From a virus (taxonomy: Duplodnaviria > Caudoviricetes): 55,790 nt of DNA. Position 1 is the stretch's first letter; every line of letters begins with the position of its first letter. Of the stretch, positions 19,912-28,889 are shown in pieces. The DNA lies in IMG/VR virus record IMGVR_UViG_3300028595_000016, positions 1-55,790 of that record, one strand, 5' to 3'. The notes beneath the pieces were generated by a model, which saw only the letters and a program-made list of their open reading frames with translations, was not told the DNA's origin and ran no database searches. A program made the translations under genes and the position numbers.

Positions 19912-21417
19912 TCACGCCTCCTCGGCGCTCACTGCGCCACTGGTGAGTCCGACGGTGGTGGTGATAGTCTCGGCGTACCCGAGCGGACGAATGGCGAGCG
20001 TGCCCTGAGGCCCGTTGCCCTCTCCCACGATAGTGTTCGTCCGGTCGACCGTATAGGCCAAGGCAGAGACATGGCCCTTGAAGCCCTCATCGTTGTACGG
20101 CTCGAGCAGAGCCACCTGCAGCGCCTTGTTGACCGCTGCCTCGATTCGACTGGCGTCCCGAGGGTCGATGGTGCCGCCTGCAAGAGCGCGAATGCCAGCG
20201 TTCTGGAAGGCGCGGAGCACCGTGGTCACCGTGTTGCAGGCCGTGTCGACGACGCGCCCGTACTGCCACTGGGTGAAATCGCTCGTGGCAGCTCCGAGCA
20301 GTCTGCCACGGGTGATGTAGTACCCGCTCGAGCCGACGTAGGTGCGCAGCGTAGTGACCCGCAGCTGGTCGATGGTCTCGTTGGTTCGCTCATCATGGCT
20401 GATGAGCGACACTCCGCGAAGCGCACCGGAAGCCACTCGGCCCGGATGCGTCGACAGTGCGATCTCGGCGTACCGAGCCGCCACAGGGACGATCGCTGGC
20501 AGCAGAGGCGTTCCCCATCCCGTGATGGGCTTGGCGGTCGTGACGCGATTGTTCGGGCCGTAGCAGAGCGACAGCCGAGTGTCGGCGGACACTGCTGCCA
20601 GGTTCGTGGCTGCCGTCGCCGAGTCCGTGTTGCCGCCATCGAGAACGCCGCGGTGGTATCGGAAGGCACTGGCCAGCGAGGTCATGTGCGTCCCGATTGC
20701 TGCGGCCATGGTGGCGGGGTCCGCTGCCTGGCGTCCGCAAAACACCGGAAACGCGAACTGAGTGCTCGATGCCAAGACGGCCGTCATGGCCGTCGACAAG
20801 TCGCCAGTGGTGTAGGCCGGCTCGGTGCAGTCGAAGGTGTGCATGTCGCCATCCTCGAAGTAGACAGCGCCGCCACCCGGCACGAAGGTCAGCGTCAGCC
20901 CGGTGTTCGCGATCACGTAGGTCCCACCAGCCGGGATTGTGATGTCCGCCGACCAGCTCGGGGTGAAGCCAGCGGGGTCCTCCCGCAGCTGTCCCGTGGA
21001 CGCCTCCCCGCTGGTCACGGCTCGCTCGAGCGTGTAGCGGAAGGTGCCGGATCCCAGCGTGCCAGTGGACCGAATCTCGACCGCCCCGCGATAGGCGTCG
21101 GCAGGCTCGCCCGAGACCGTGATGGTGCCGGTGGAGCTGTCGACCGCCGTCTTGTCGACGGAGCCCGCGACGCCAGCGGTGGTGTCCGCAGTCTTGCAAA
21201 CGTAGACCGGTCCGCCACCCTGCAGCTTGTACGCCGCTGCCTCGACGAGCGGCCCCTGCCCGAGCGCAGCCACGAGTGACGAGATGCTCGAGTAGGCCTG
21301 CACGACGTTGGCCGTGCCGCTGGACGACACGCCGATGAAGAGCGGACTCGTGACGGTCGGCGCAGTCGCGGCGACGCCGGGGTCCAGGATCGTGAGAGTC
21401 TGACCGGGGATGCTCAC
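19912..21417 (-). CDS. Contractile tail sheath (DUF2586-like)
   Basis: 501 aa; LGQGPLVE, HPGRVASG, TLRTYVGSSGYY and SDFT...RVVD motifs. Confidence 0.8.
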   Translation of the reverse strand: MSIPGQTLTILDPGVAATAPTVTSPLFIGVSSSGTANVVQAYSSISSLVAALGQGPLVEAAAYKLQGGGPVYVCKTADTTAGVAGSVDKTAVDSSTGTITVSGEPADAYRGAVEIRSTGTLGSGTFRYTLERAVTSGEASTGQLREDPAGFTPSWSADITIPAGGTYVIANTGLTLTFVPGGGAVYFEDGDMHTFDCTEPAYTTGDLSTAMTAVLASSTQFAFPVFCGRQAADPATMAAAIGTHMTSLASAFRYHRGVLDGGNTDSATAATNLAAVSADTRLSLCYGPNNRVTTAKPITGWGTPLLPAIVPVAARYAEIALSTHPGRVASGALRGVSLISHDERTNETIDQLRVTTLRTYVGSSGYYITRGRLLGAATSDFTQWQYGRVVDTACNTVTTVLRAFQNAGIRALAGGTIDPRDASRIEAAVNKALQVALLEPYNDEGFKGHVSALAYTVDRTNTIVGEGNGPQGTLAIRPLGYAETITTTVGLTSGAVSAEEA

Positions 21418-21707
21418 AGGTCACCGTCCTTCGCCGCGGCAAGTTCGCGGAGCGCGTTGGGCACCGGGGGGGCAGGGATTCGGCGCCGCTTGTGCGGCGA
21501 CATGGCGGGCTCGTGAGGGATGTAGTCCCCTCGTGAGTCGGAGGTGGTGGCAGCCTCGAGGGCTCCCTCATAGGCGGCCCGAGTCAGCTCGATCTCACCG
21601 CCGGCGTGATGCACGTGCAGGGACCAGCCATGCAGCGCGTCAGCCGCCGCGTGCTGCCACGCCTCCGGCTGACACACCGCACGCCAGCGCGTGGGTGTCT
21701 TGTTCAT
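21414..21707 (-). CDS. Hypothetical protein
   Basis: Coupled to the sheath start; AGAGGC/GAGG upstream. Confidence 0.55.
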   Translation of the reverse strand: MNKTPTRWRAVCQPEAWQHAAADALHGWSLHVHHAGGEIELTRAAYEGALEAATTSDSRGDYIPHEPAMSPHKRRRIPAPPVPNALRELAAAKDGDL

Positions 21708-21734
21708 GTGGGGGCCCTCTTGGGTACTACTAGG

Positions 21735-22253
21735 TCACTCGTGGGGCGGGCACGTGTGAACCCACGTGTCCTCGCCCTCGTAGAGAGTTGTTTCCGTCGA
21801 AAAGACGAAGTCCTCGACGATCGTCGCTGGCTCATCGTCAATCTTCGCGCGAATCACGCACTCGACGACGATGACGGCTCCGCGATTGGTGTGCTGGTGA
21901 TGCTCCGGCGTCAGGCTTACCCCACGACGAAAACGCGCCGTATCAGGGCTGACCGACCGCTCAGAAGCCAGATACAGGTTGCTCAGCATGGCCAGGCAAT
22001 TGGCCAGCGTGGAGTGCCAGATGGTGCAATGCCATGTGCTCTCGAGCACCGCGATGACCACCGGGTTTCCGCCTGCTTCGGCGGTGGGAGTGATCTCGAA
22101 GTCGACCATCTCCCAGATGACCCTGGGGAGGTCGGAGTGCGTCAGCTTCGCCGCTCGCCCGATGTCGTAGGGCGTTGCAGTAGGCGTCATCAGTGCATCG
22201 AGCTCCGTGTGGATGCTGCCGATGACATCGGTCGCGGTGTCGGACGAAGCCAT
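21735..22253 (-). CDS. Tail terminator-like protein
   Basis: Position before the sheath and size; PRVIW motif. Confidence 0.5.
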   Translation of the reverse strand: MASSDTATDVIGSIHTELDALMTPTATPYDIGRAAKLTHSDLPRVIWEMVDFEITPTAEAGGNPVVIAVLESTWHCTIWHSTLANCLAMLSNLYLASERSVSPDTARFRRGVSLTPEHHQHTNRGAVIVVECVIRAKIDDEPATIVEDFVFSTETTLYEGEDTWVHTCPPHE

Positions 22254-22257
22254 CGTG

Positions 22258-22734
22258 TCAGCCTCCCAGCAGAGTCTTCAGTGCGCGCTCGCCCGTGCGG
22301 CGAAGTCGGTCAGCCCAGTCCGTCGGGAGTCCACGGTCAGCCGTTGGCACCTGCAACCTTTGAGGAACGCCCGGGTGCATGATGCTCACCCCAGGCCGAC
22401 CGAAAAAGTTGTCGATTCGGTATGGCCGCTTTTCGGGACCGTGGACGCCGGTGCCGAAATGGTGCCATGGCGCCTTCTCGTCGGTGCTGTGGACCTGAAA
22501 GCCGTCTGACCCGAAGTGCCCTCGGGCATAGGCTTTGATGCCTCCGGTGATCTGCAGCTTGTTTGGAGCGTTCCACGGCTTGCCGTAGGGGTCCTCGCCG
22601 CGACGGAATCCACGGGAGATGAGGTTGAGCACCGACTCCTGCTGAGACTCAGCCACCTTCGTCAGCAACTCATCGGCGTCCGCCTTCTCGAGCCTCTTGA
22701 CGGCGGTCGGAATCTTCAGCTCGACAGCGAACAT
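22258..22734 (-). CDS. Virion morphogenesis/tail completion protein (Mu gpG-like)
   Basis: GFRRGEDPYGKPW and APWHHFGT motifs. Confidence 0.7.
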   Translation of the reverse strand: MFAVELKIPTAVKRLEKADADELLTKVAESQQESVLNLISRGFRRGEDPYGKPWNAPNKLQITGGIKAYARGHFGSDGFQVHSTDEKAPWHHFGTGVHGPEKRPYRIDNFFGRPGVSIMHPGVPQRLQVPTADRGLPTDWADRLRRTGERALKTLLGG

Positions 22735-23117
22735 CAGTACCCTCGACCGGTGGATGCGTCGGACGACACCGTGAGCACGGGGTCATACGGCTGCAACGAC
22801 ACCTTGCCCATCGCAGCCTTTTCCAGCCATGCGACCGCGTCCTCGTAGCCAGCACGGACAGACTTGTCGGACGGGTCCGACGGATCGAAGCCGCGGGCGC
22901 TCAGCACGATCCACCCAGCGAGCTTGCAGACGTGAAGCACAAGTGCCCCGGGATACGGTGACGACATGGGCACAGTGATCCCAGCTCGCTGCAGGTAGCT
23001 GTCAGCCAGCCCGGACGCCGCTTCGAGGGCCGCATCCTGGTCGTCGTCGGACACGGACGCCAATGCCGCTGCGGCAAGCCCGAGCTGGGCTAGCTGGGTG
23101 CGTGATGCGTATGCCAT
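22734..23117 (-). CDS. Head-tail adaptor (Mu gp36/DUF1320-like)
   Basis: MAYAS...ALEAASGLADSYL...YEDAVAWLEK pattern. Confidence 0.8.
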   Translation of the reverse strand: MAYASRTQLAQLGLAAAALASVSDDDQDAALEAASGLADSYLQRAGITVPMSSPYPGALVLHVCKLAGWIVLSARGFDPSDPSDKSVRAGYEDAVAWLEKAAMGKVSLQPYDPVLTVSSDASTGRGY

Positions 23118-23345
23118 TCATCGTCGCTTGCGGGGTTTGGGCTCGATGTCGTTGTCTCCGCTGTCAGGGCCTTCGTCAGCCGCTCCCAGCGGGGTGATTA
23201 CGTCGACGACGAGCCACTCGTCGGCCATGAGCTTGGCCAACTCGGACTCGCTCACGTCCGCATACGTCCACTCGACGCTCCAGACGCGCCCGGCTCGGAT
23301 GCGGCCAATATCGACGAGGCTACGGACTCGGACGTGAGCTGTCAT
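23118..23345 (-). CDS. Small head-associated protein (HI1506-like)
   Basis: RIRAGRVWS...LMADEWLVV; follows the capsid gene. Confidence 0.5.
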   Translation of the reverse strand: MTAHVRVRSLVDIGRIRAGRVWSVEWTYADVSESELAKLMADEWLVVDVITPLGAADEGPDSGDNDIEPKPRKRR

Positions 23346-23353
23346 GACTGACC

Positions 23354-24280
23354 TCAAGCGACGGCGCGCAGCGCCAGGAATGGCAGGGTGTACCCTGCGT
23401 TGTATCGGGCGGTGGCGAGCCAGTGGTACTCATTCTGATACACCACGTTGTCGTCGCGATCCTGCGTCTTGCTCACGAACTTGACCGGCTCGCGCGTCTG
23501 GAAGACGAAAGGCTTGATGCGGCGACTCGTGTCGAGCAGGTACCATGCCGTGGAACTCGTGAGACGAGGCAGCACCACCACGCGGCAGACGCCCTGAGTG
23601 ACGTTGGCCGGGCTCGAGGCATCGGTATCGGTGCCAGCGACGGCCGTCAGAATCGTGGGCATCGCGACGATCTTCCGCGCAGTGAACTCCAGGTCCGGCG
23701 GGACGGCGAGGACGTTCGGGCGGACACCCAGCAGACGACCAGCGTCATCCTTGTATTTCCGCATCGTGGTGTATGCGGTCATGAAGTTGTCCTGCGTCAG
23801 CGCCGTCGACGTGAGGTTGTTGCTGTATGTCCCCAGTGCGCTGTGGTGCTTCGAGACGGGGTGATCCGTGTCGTAGAAGTACTGGCCATCGAAGCACAGC
23901 GAGCTCGTTCCTGCCTCGATGAGGTCGGTCACCAATTCGTCGGGATGCTGCCGGGCAGCCTCGCCGTGAGCCGCAGCGATCTCGCTGTAGATGCCGAGAT
24001 TGTCATCGAGGATGTCATCTCGATTGACAGCGAATGACAGCTCCCATCGCTTGTTTTTGAGCGTGTATGAGTGCACTCCCAGATTGTGGAGCACTCGTTC
24101 GCCGAGCCACTCGCGCATCTTGGGCAGCTGGGTCATCCAGCCGTAGTCGTTCTGGCTCGTGCTCGACGAGACCATCGTGCAAACGTCCTGGTAGAACGTC
24201 TCGGCGTTGTCGTATCCCTGTCGGAACTGGCTGTTGAAGGTCGTCCGAAGGGCTCTCAGATTGGCAGGGGTGAGATCCAT
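23354..24280 (-). CDS. Major capsid protein (Mu gpT family)
   Basis: PKMREWLGER, DDNLGIY, CFDGQYFYDTDHP and WYLLDTSRRIKPFVFQ motifs. Confidence 0.93.
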   Translation of the reverse strand: MDLTPANLRALRTTFNSQFRQGYDNAETFYQDVCTMVSSSTSQNDYGWMTQLPKMREWLGERVLHNLGVHSYTLKNKRWELSFAVNRDDILDDNLGIYSEIAAAHGEAARQHPDELVTDLIEAGTSSLCFDGQYFYDTDHPVSKHHSALGTYSNNLTSTALTQDNFMTAYTTMRKYKDDAGRLLGVRPNVLAVPPDLEFTARKIVAMPTILTAVAGTDTDASSPANVTQGVCRVVVLPRLTSSTAWYLLDTSRRIKPFVFQTREPVKFVSKTQDRDDNVVYQNEYHWLATARYNAGYTLPFLALRAVA

Positions 24281-24388
24281 GGTGGTTTTCCTCAGCGCGC
24301 ACGTCCGCCGTCACGTGGCGGACGCCGCGCGTGTCATTGGGTCAGAGGTGTCGGACGCCTTCCCTCTAGGACAGCGTCAAGGTGATGG

Positions 24389-25222
24389 TCAGGAAGTGGC
24401 GAGAATCGCGTACCAGATGTGGACGGTGGCGTCGCCAGCGCTGGCGGTATTGAGGTTGACCGAGCCGGTCACGGTGAGGGTCGGAGTGACGCCAGAAGCA
24501 GGCTGCCAGACGGCAGATCCAGCCACGGTGCCAGCGGTGGCGTCGATGTCCAGCGCACTGGCGTACTGGTCTGCGGTCGTCCCGTCGCCCAGGGTTGCGG
24601 TGAACGTCCCGGTGGACCCATCCGAGAATGCCTCGGTGACCACCAGCGTGATGCCCTGGATCAGAGCGTTGGTGGGGAGAGCCGAAGCGAAGTCGAACGC
24701 CTGCGAGGTGTCAGTGTCGGTCAGGTCGGCGTCGGTGATATTGAGAGACAGGCGGTGAAGCGCCTTGTTCTCGACATCGGTGATGTTGAGCACGACCTCG
24801 CTTCCAATGAGCACCCACACGCCATCGCTCGCAACATCGATGACGATGCCGGCTCGGCTGCGAGTGCCGCTGCCGTCCGTCTTGGCCACCGTCTGGTCAT
24901 CGACGATGTAGCAAGTCGAGAATCGGTCAGCGATCGTGATCTCGTCGGAACTCGAGGAGTTTCCGTACTTGAAGCAGCCGCGTCGAACGGTGACGTTCTT
25001 GTCGCCTGCGCTTCCTGGGTTATTGTCGACCTCTTCCTCGGCGCGGCCAACGGCGAGCAGCGCGGTCGACACTGCGCCAGGGGTGGCGTAGCCCGAGCCG
25101 TTGTCGCAGACCAGCGAGCCGGAGTAGATGTGAGTGGTGGCGGCCACCGGCATGCTGATGAGGGCGGGGTCAACGTCAACCGAGTGCCTGGGAGTGTCTC
25201 GGTTTGCATTCAGTGCGGTCAT
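24389..25222 (-). CDS. Head decoration/cement protein with C-terminal extension
   Basis: MTALNANRDTP, CYIVDDQTV and DGVWV pattern of Mu-like cement proteins, plus an extra beta domain. Confidence 0.7.
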   Translation of the reverse strand: MTALNANRDTPRHSVDVDPALISMPVAATTHIYSGSLVCDNGSGYATPGAVSTALLAVGRAEEEVDNNPGSAGDKNVTVRRGCFKYGNSSSSDEITIADRFSTCYIVDDQTVAKTDGSGTRSRAGIVIDVASDGVWVLIGSEVVLNITDVENKALHRLSLNITDADLTDTDTSQAFDFASALPTNALIQGITLVVTEAFSDGSTGTFTATLGDGTTADQYASALDIDATAGTVAGSAVWQPASGVTPTLTVTGSVNLNTASAGDATVHIWYAILATS

Positions 25223-25353
25223 GATTCTGAGTCCTTCTCGGGCGCGCACATCTCTGCCATCACGCTGAGATGTCGCGCGCGTCGTTGTCGGTCGTTGGGA
25301 GAACGCCTTCCCTCAAGGGCAGCGTTCTGGGTTGTGTCGTGTAGCGGTCGGAC

Positions 25354-26490
25354 TCAGCCGACCTGGTCGCCCTTGGCGAGGTAGAGTCGCTTGGCGTCGA
25401 GGAACCACTCCTCGGAGAGTCCGACCCGGCGACAGTACTCGCGATCGTCGTCAGACAGCTTGATGTCGCTGCCGTTGCCGTCGGGCGCCGTCGCGTCGGG
25501 CTTCGGAGCCGGAACCGGCTCGGTGCTGATGAGCTTGGGCAGGCTCTCCAGATAGATGCCCAGCCCCTTGATGCCGGTCTCGGCGTACATGGTCTCGGCG
25601 CGGTCGCGAGCGGCCGGTGCCAGACGGCCCTCGGTGATGGCTGCCTCGATGAGACCAGCCGCCTGTTCGCGCTCCCGGTCCTTCTCGACGGCGGACAGCC
25701 GAGCCTTCACGTCGGCCAGCTCGGTGCGAGCCTGGTCGCCAGCGTCAGCACGGTCGCGCAACGCTGCAATGGCTGCCTTGACGGTGTTTTCGTCGCCCTC
25801 GGCGAGTCCGAGCGCGGCGAGGATCATTGCCTTCATGGTGGATTGCTCCTGTTGTGTCTCGCGCTCGGCGCGAGGGGAATCGATGACAGCGAGCCCAACT
25901 GGGGCCCGCTGGAAAAGCGCCGCCATCAACGGCGGGATGGTGACCGACGCGGCCACCTGTGACTTGTCGCAGGTGTCTGCCAGTCCGAGCGCCACAGCCT
26001 CGGAACCTGTCATCCAGGTTTCCTCCCGCATCAGGTCGCGGGCCGGCGACGACTCAGGCTTGAGTCGCGCGGCATAGACATCGGCGATCTCCCCGGCCAC
26101 CTTATCCAGCAGATCCGTCGTCCGACGATGCTCCGCGGCATTGCCGATGGTGAAGCTCAGCGGGTCGTGGACCATCAGCATGGCGCCGGGTCCCATGTGG
26201 ATGCTGTCTCCGGCCATGGCGATTACCGACGCTGCGGACGCTGCCAGCCCGTCGACGATGACGTTGACGACTCGGTCACGACCGCATGCGCGCAGCTGGT
26301 TGTAGATGGCCACGCCGTCGAAGGCCGACCCGCCCGGGCTGTTGAGCCGCACGGTGAGAGGTCCGCTTTCGAGCTTTTTCAATTCCGAAGCGACGGTTGC
26401 AGCGGTGAACCCTTCCCAGCTTTCTCCGACGGGACCGTACAGCGTCAACTCGTTGCCGTTCTTGGCTGACTGCAAACTGATCTTATACAT
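25354..26490 (-). CDS. ClpP-like head maturation protease fused to scaffold
   Basis: LNSPGG, AASAAS (Ser), MVHDP (His) and ETWM motifs; helical C-terminus. Confidence 0.9.
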   Translation of the reverse strand: MYKISLQSAKNGNELTLYGPVGESWEGFTAATVASELKKLESGPLTVRLNSPGGSAFDGVAIYNQLRACGRDRVVNVIVDGLAASAASVIAMAGDSIHMGPGAMLMVHDPLSFTIGNAAEHRRTTDLLDKVAGEIADVYAARLKPESSPARDLMREETWMTGSEAVALGLADTCDKSQVAASVTIPPLMAALFQRAPVGLAVIDSPRAERETQQEQSTMKAMILAALGLAEGDENTVKAAIAALRDRADAGDQARTELADVKARLSAVEKDREREQAAGLIEAAITEGRLAPAARDRAETMYAETGIKGLGIYLESLPKLISTEPVPAPKPDATAPDGNGSDIKLSDDDREYCRRVGLSEEWFLDAKRLYLAKGDQVG

Positions 26491-26492
26491 GC

Positions 26493-26753
26493 TCACCACC
26501 CCACCAGCAGACGAGACACCGTCGTCGTCGTCTCGATCTTCGTGATCTGACCGATGAGCTCCCAGCCCGTCGTCGTCGTGAACGTGCGGGTGACGCCGCC
26601 GCTGGAGCCCATCTCGACGGCCACCAGCTTGGTGCCGGTGCCAGCGTCGTCGACGCGGATGTACCGCGCAGGGTTGGCCGTGAGATCGATCTCAGTGGAG
26701 AAATCGGTGTACTGCCGCGCGTCAACGAGCGGCCCGATGCTGTCAGGTGTCAT
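26493..26753 (-). CDS. Small beta-rich hypothetical protein
   Basis: Coupled ORF before the protease. Confidence 0.55.
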   Translation of the reverse strand: MTPDSIGPLVDARQYTDFSTEIDLTANPARYIRVDDAGTGTKLVAVEMGSSGGVTRTFTTTTGWELIGQITKIETTTTVSRLLVGW

Positions 26754-26844
26754 GAAAACCCCCAAATCAGCACGAGGCCGGGTCTACTGACCTAGCCTCG
26801 TGGCGGGTAGTTGTATGTGGCCAGCCTGAAAGGCAGGCAGCTTA

Positions 26845-27135
26845 TCAATAGATGATGTCGAGCCCGGGGTCGCCCGGGTCCTCGGCGGGCTCACCCACTC
26901 CCGGGCCGGCAACGATGCGTAGGTTCATCCGGTAGGCCACGGAGGCGAGCCAGCACGAGCACTCGAGTTCGTCGCTGAGGTCCGGCCGCTTCCAGATGCC
27001 GTCTGGCGCCGTGCCGACGTAGACCGCGCCCGGCGCCTGCGCATCGTCGCGCAGAGCGTCAGCAGCTGCGCTTTTGCCCTCGACTCGCCCGCCGATGTGG
27101 ATGATGGTGCCGTCTTCCAGCGTCCAGTGGCTCAT
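26845..27135 (-). CDS. Small protein downstream of MuF (possible immunity protein)
   Basis: ATGA overlap with the MuF stop. Confidence 0.55.
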   Translation of the reverse strand: MSHWTLEDGTIIHIGGRVEGKSAAADALRDDAQAPGAVYVGTAPDGIWKRPDLSDELECSCWLASVAYRMNLRIVAGPGVGEPAEDPGDPGLDIIY

Positions 27136-28889
27136 GGCTCGTCGTCCGATTGTAGCATCCCGAAGGTCAGAAGCGCGTGTTCTTGGTCATTTCCCAGGAA
27201 ATCGCCAGGGTCGAGAGCCCGTTCGAGACCCATCGAGAAAACTTCCGTTGCCACCCCGCCGTAGTCCTTGGCGACGTAAGGGTGAATGAAGCCGGTGTCC
27301 GCGTGTGCGACCTCGTGGTCTCCGTAGTTCACTCCAGGAATCATGTCACGGAGCTTACGGAGCGGCTTGCCGGCAGTCCTGACCGACCATATTCCGTTGG
27401 ATGCCGCAAGGTGCGCTGGACTGTCACACTCTACAGCGTGCCCTGACTCGTGCATGACGACCCCCATGAATCTAATCATCTCGTCCAGGTCGTTAGGCGC
27501 TTTGCGCAAACGGATTCTGCGACTAACGCAATCGCAGTATGACCGGTCATTAAGCCCAGCGAAGTCGTCATGGGTAACTGACCATCCGCTGCCGGACTCC
27601 AGCGGCGATGGCACGCTCCGGTCTGCGATGGCGCGCCATGTCCTGGCGGCCATCTCCGCTCTCGATCGAAGTGGCTCAGTGACATTGGTTAGTTCGAGCG
27701 GACCGGTCCTGGAGTTGATGCGCCTGGCGTGCGCGCCCAGCAAAGCCCACCCATCAGGCTCCGTAGGGGATAGCGGTAAGAATCCCTTTACTCTCCGCTC
27801 GCTCCGCAACGTCTGCTTGCCAGCATCGCGCAGGGACTGGAGTAGTTTTCTAGCATACTGTCCTCTGTGCCCGCGATTCGACAGCATTCCGCATGCTTGC
27901 CACACTCGCTCGAGGTCGGCTGCCAGTGACTCGCACGGCGTGTCGAGCCCAGCCTCGAAGGTGGCGCGCCCTCGCGCCATTGCTCTCGCCGTAGCCTCCG
28001 GGAACTTGGCTCTGTATGTGTCATACCAGTGGGCAGCCGTGTGCTCCGGCGCCACCTTCGAGGCTGTCTTGCCTCCGGGGTATGTGGCCTCGGACTCGGC
28101 CATGCGCTCTTCGTGGATGCGTCGCGCCTCGGCCGGCTTCTGGCGTAGATTCTTTGCCGGCTTGGTCGGCTTTGCGGGCTTCTTAGCCTTGGTCGGCTTC
28201 GGCTTTGCCGGCTTCGTTTTCGACTTTGCCGGTTCGACCGGCTTCGGAGCCCACGGCTCCGGCAACCCATCGATCTCTGGCTCCACGCCGAATCCATCGG
28301 CTGGCTCCGGGGCGTTGTCTGGGGCCCGACGCTTGTCGCCCGGCACGTCGTCCTCATACTCGTCAGGGTCGAGAGCGCGGACCTGAGACCGGCACCTGTG
28401 ATGCAGCGGAGGATGGTTGGTCCGCCACCACGGGTCGTCAGCCCGGAGCGTCACCTGGTCACGAGCATTGCATTCGTCGGACGTGCGCCGGTCATCAATG
28501 GCATCGAATTGCCAATAGGGCCGGAGCGCCAGCGTCATCGGGTCCGACAGCTGTCGCCATCGGCCAGCAGCGTGGGCATGCTGGAGATTCGTCCGGGCGA
28601 TGGTCTCGCACCGGTGCCCGCTGAATCCGTAGGGCTCCAGTAGCTCGTGGATGCGTTCGCTGAGCCGCTGGCGGCTCATGCCGCTGGTCAGCGCCGCATC
28701 GATCTCCGCGTACACCGTGGAGACCATGTCGAGGTGGGCAAGGTCCGCCACCCAAAACGCACGATTGGCCGCGTACTTGTCGAGTGCCTTGCGCTCGCTG
28801 TCGGACACCACTCGACGGCTGCGAAACCAGTCGATGGCCTCCTCGAAGCGTCGAACCTCGGCTGTGGCGCCGACCTTAAGCTTCGCCAT
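27132..28889 (-). CDS. MuF/gp30 minor head protein with C-terminal zincin-like extension
   Basis: ETIARTN, DAIDDRRT and HPPLHHRCRS (MuF); Pro/Lys linker; HESGH and EVFSMG in the C-terminus. Confidence 0.85.
   Translation of the reverse strand: MAKLKVGATAEVRRFEEAIDWFRSRRVVSDSERKALDKYAANRAFWVADLAHLDMVSTVYAEIDAALTSGMSRQRLSERIHELLEPYGFSGHRCETIARTNLQHAHAAGRWRQLSDPMTLALRPYWQFDAIDDRRTSDECNARDQVTLRADDPWWRTNHPPLHHRCRSQVRALDPDEYEDDVPGDKRRAPDNAPEPADGFGVEPEIDGLPEPWAPKPVEPAKSKTKPAKPKPTKAKKPAKPTKPAKNLRQKPAEARRIHEERMAESEATYPGGKTASKVAPEHTAAHWYDTYRAKFPEATARAMARGRATFEAGLDTPCESLAADLERVWQACGMLSNRGHRGQYARKLLQSLRDAGKQTLRSERRVKGFLPLSPTEPDGWALLGAHARRINSRTGPLELTNVTEPLRSRAEMAARTWRAIADRSVPSPLESGSGWSVTHDDFAGLNDRSYCDCVSRRIRLRKAPNDLDEMIRFMGVVMHESGHAVECDSPAHLAASNGIWSVRTAGKPLRKLRDMIPGVNYGDHEVAHADTGFIHPYVAKDYGGVATEVFSMGLERALDPGDFLGNDQEHALLTFGMLQSDDEP

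Noticed and set aside
19819-21571. Long alternative ORFs over the sheath (486 aa plus, 392 aa minus) and similar long antisense ORFs elsewhere
   Set aside because: GC-rich shadow frames, Arg/Gly/Ser-rich with no recognisable motifs
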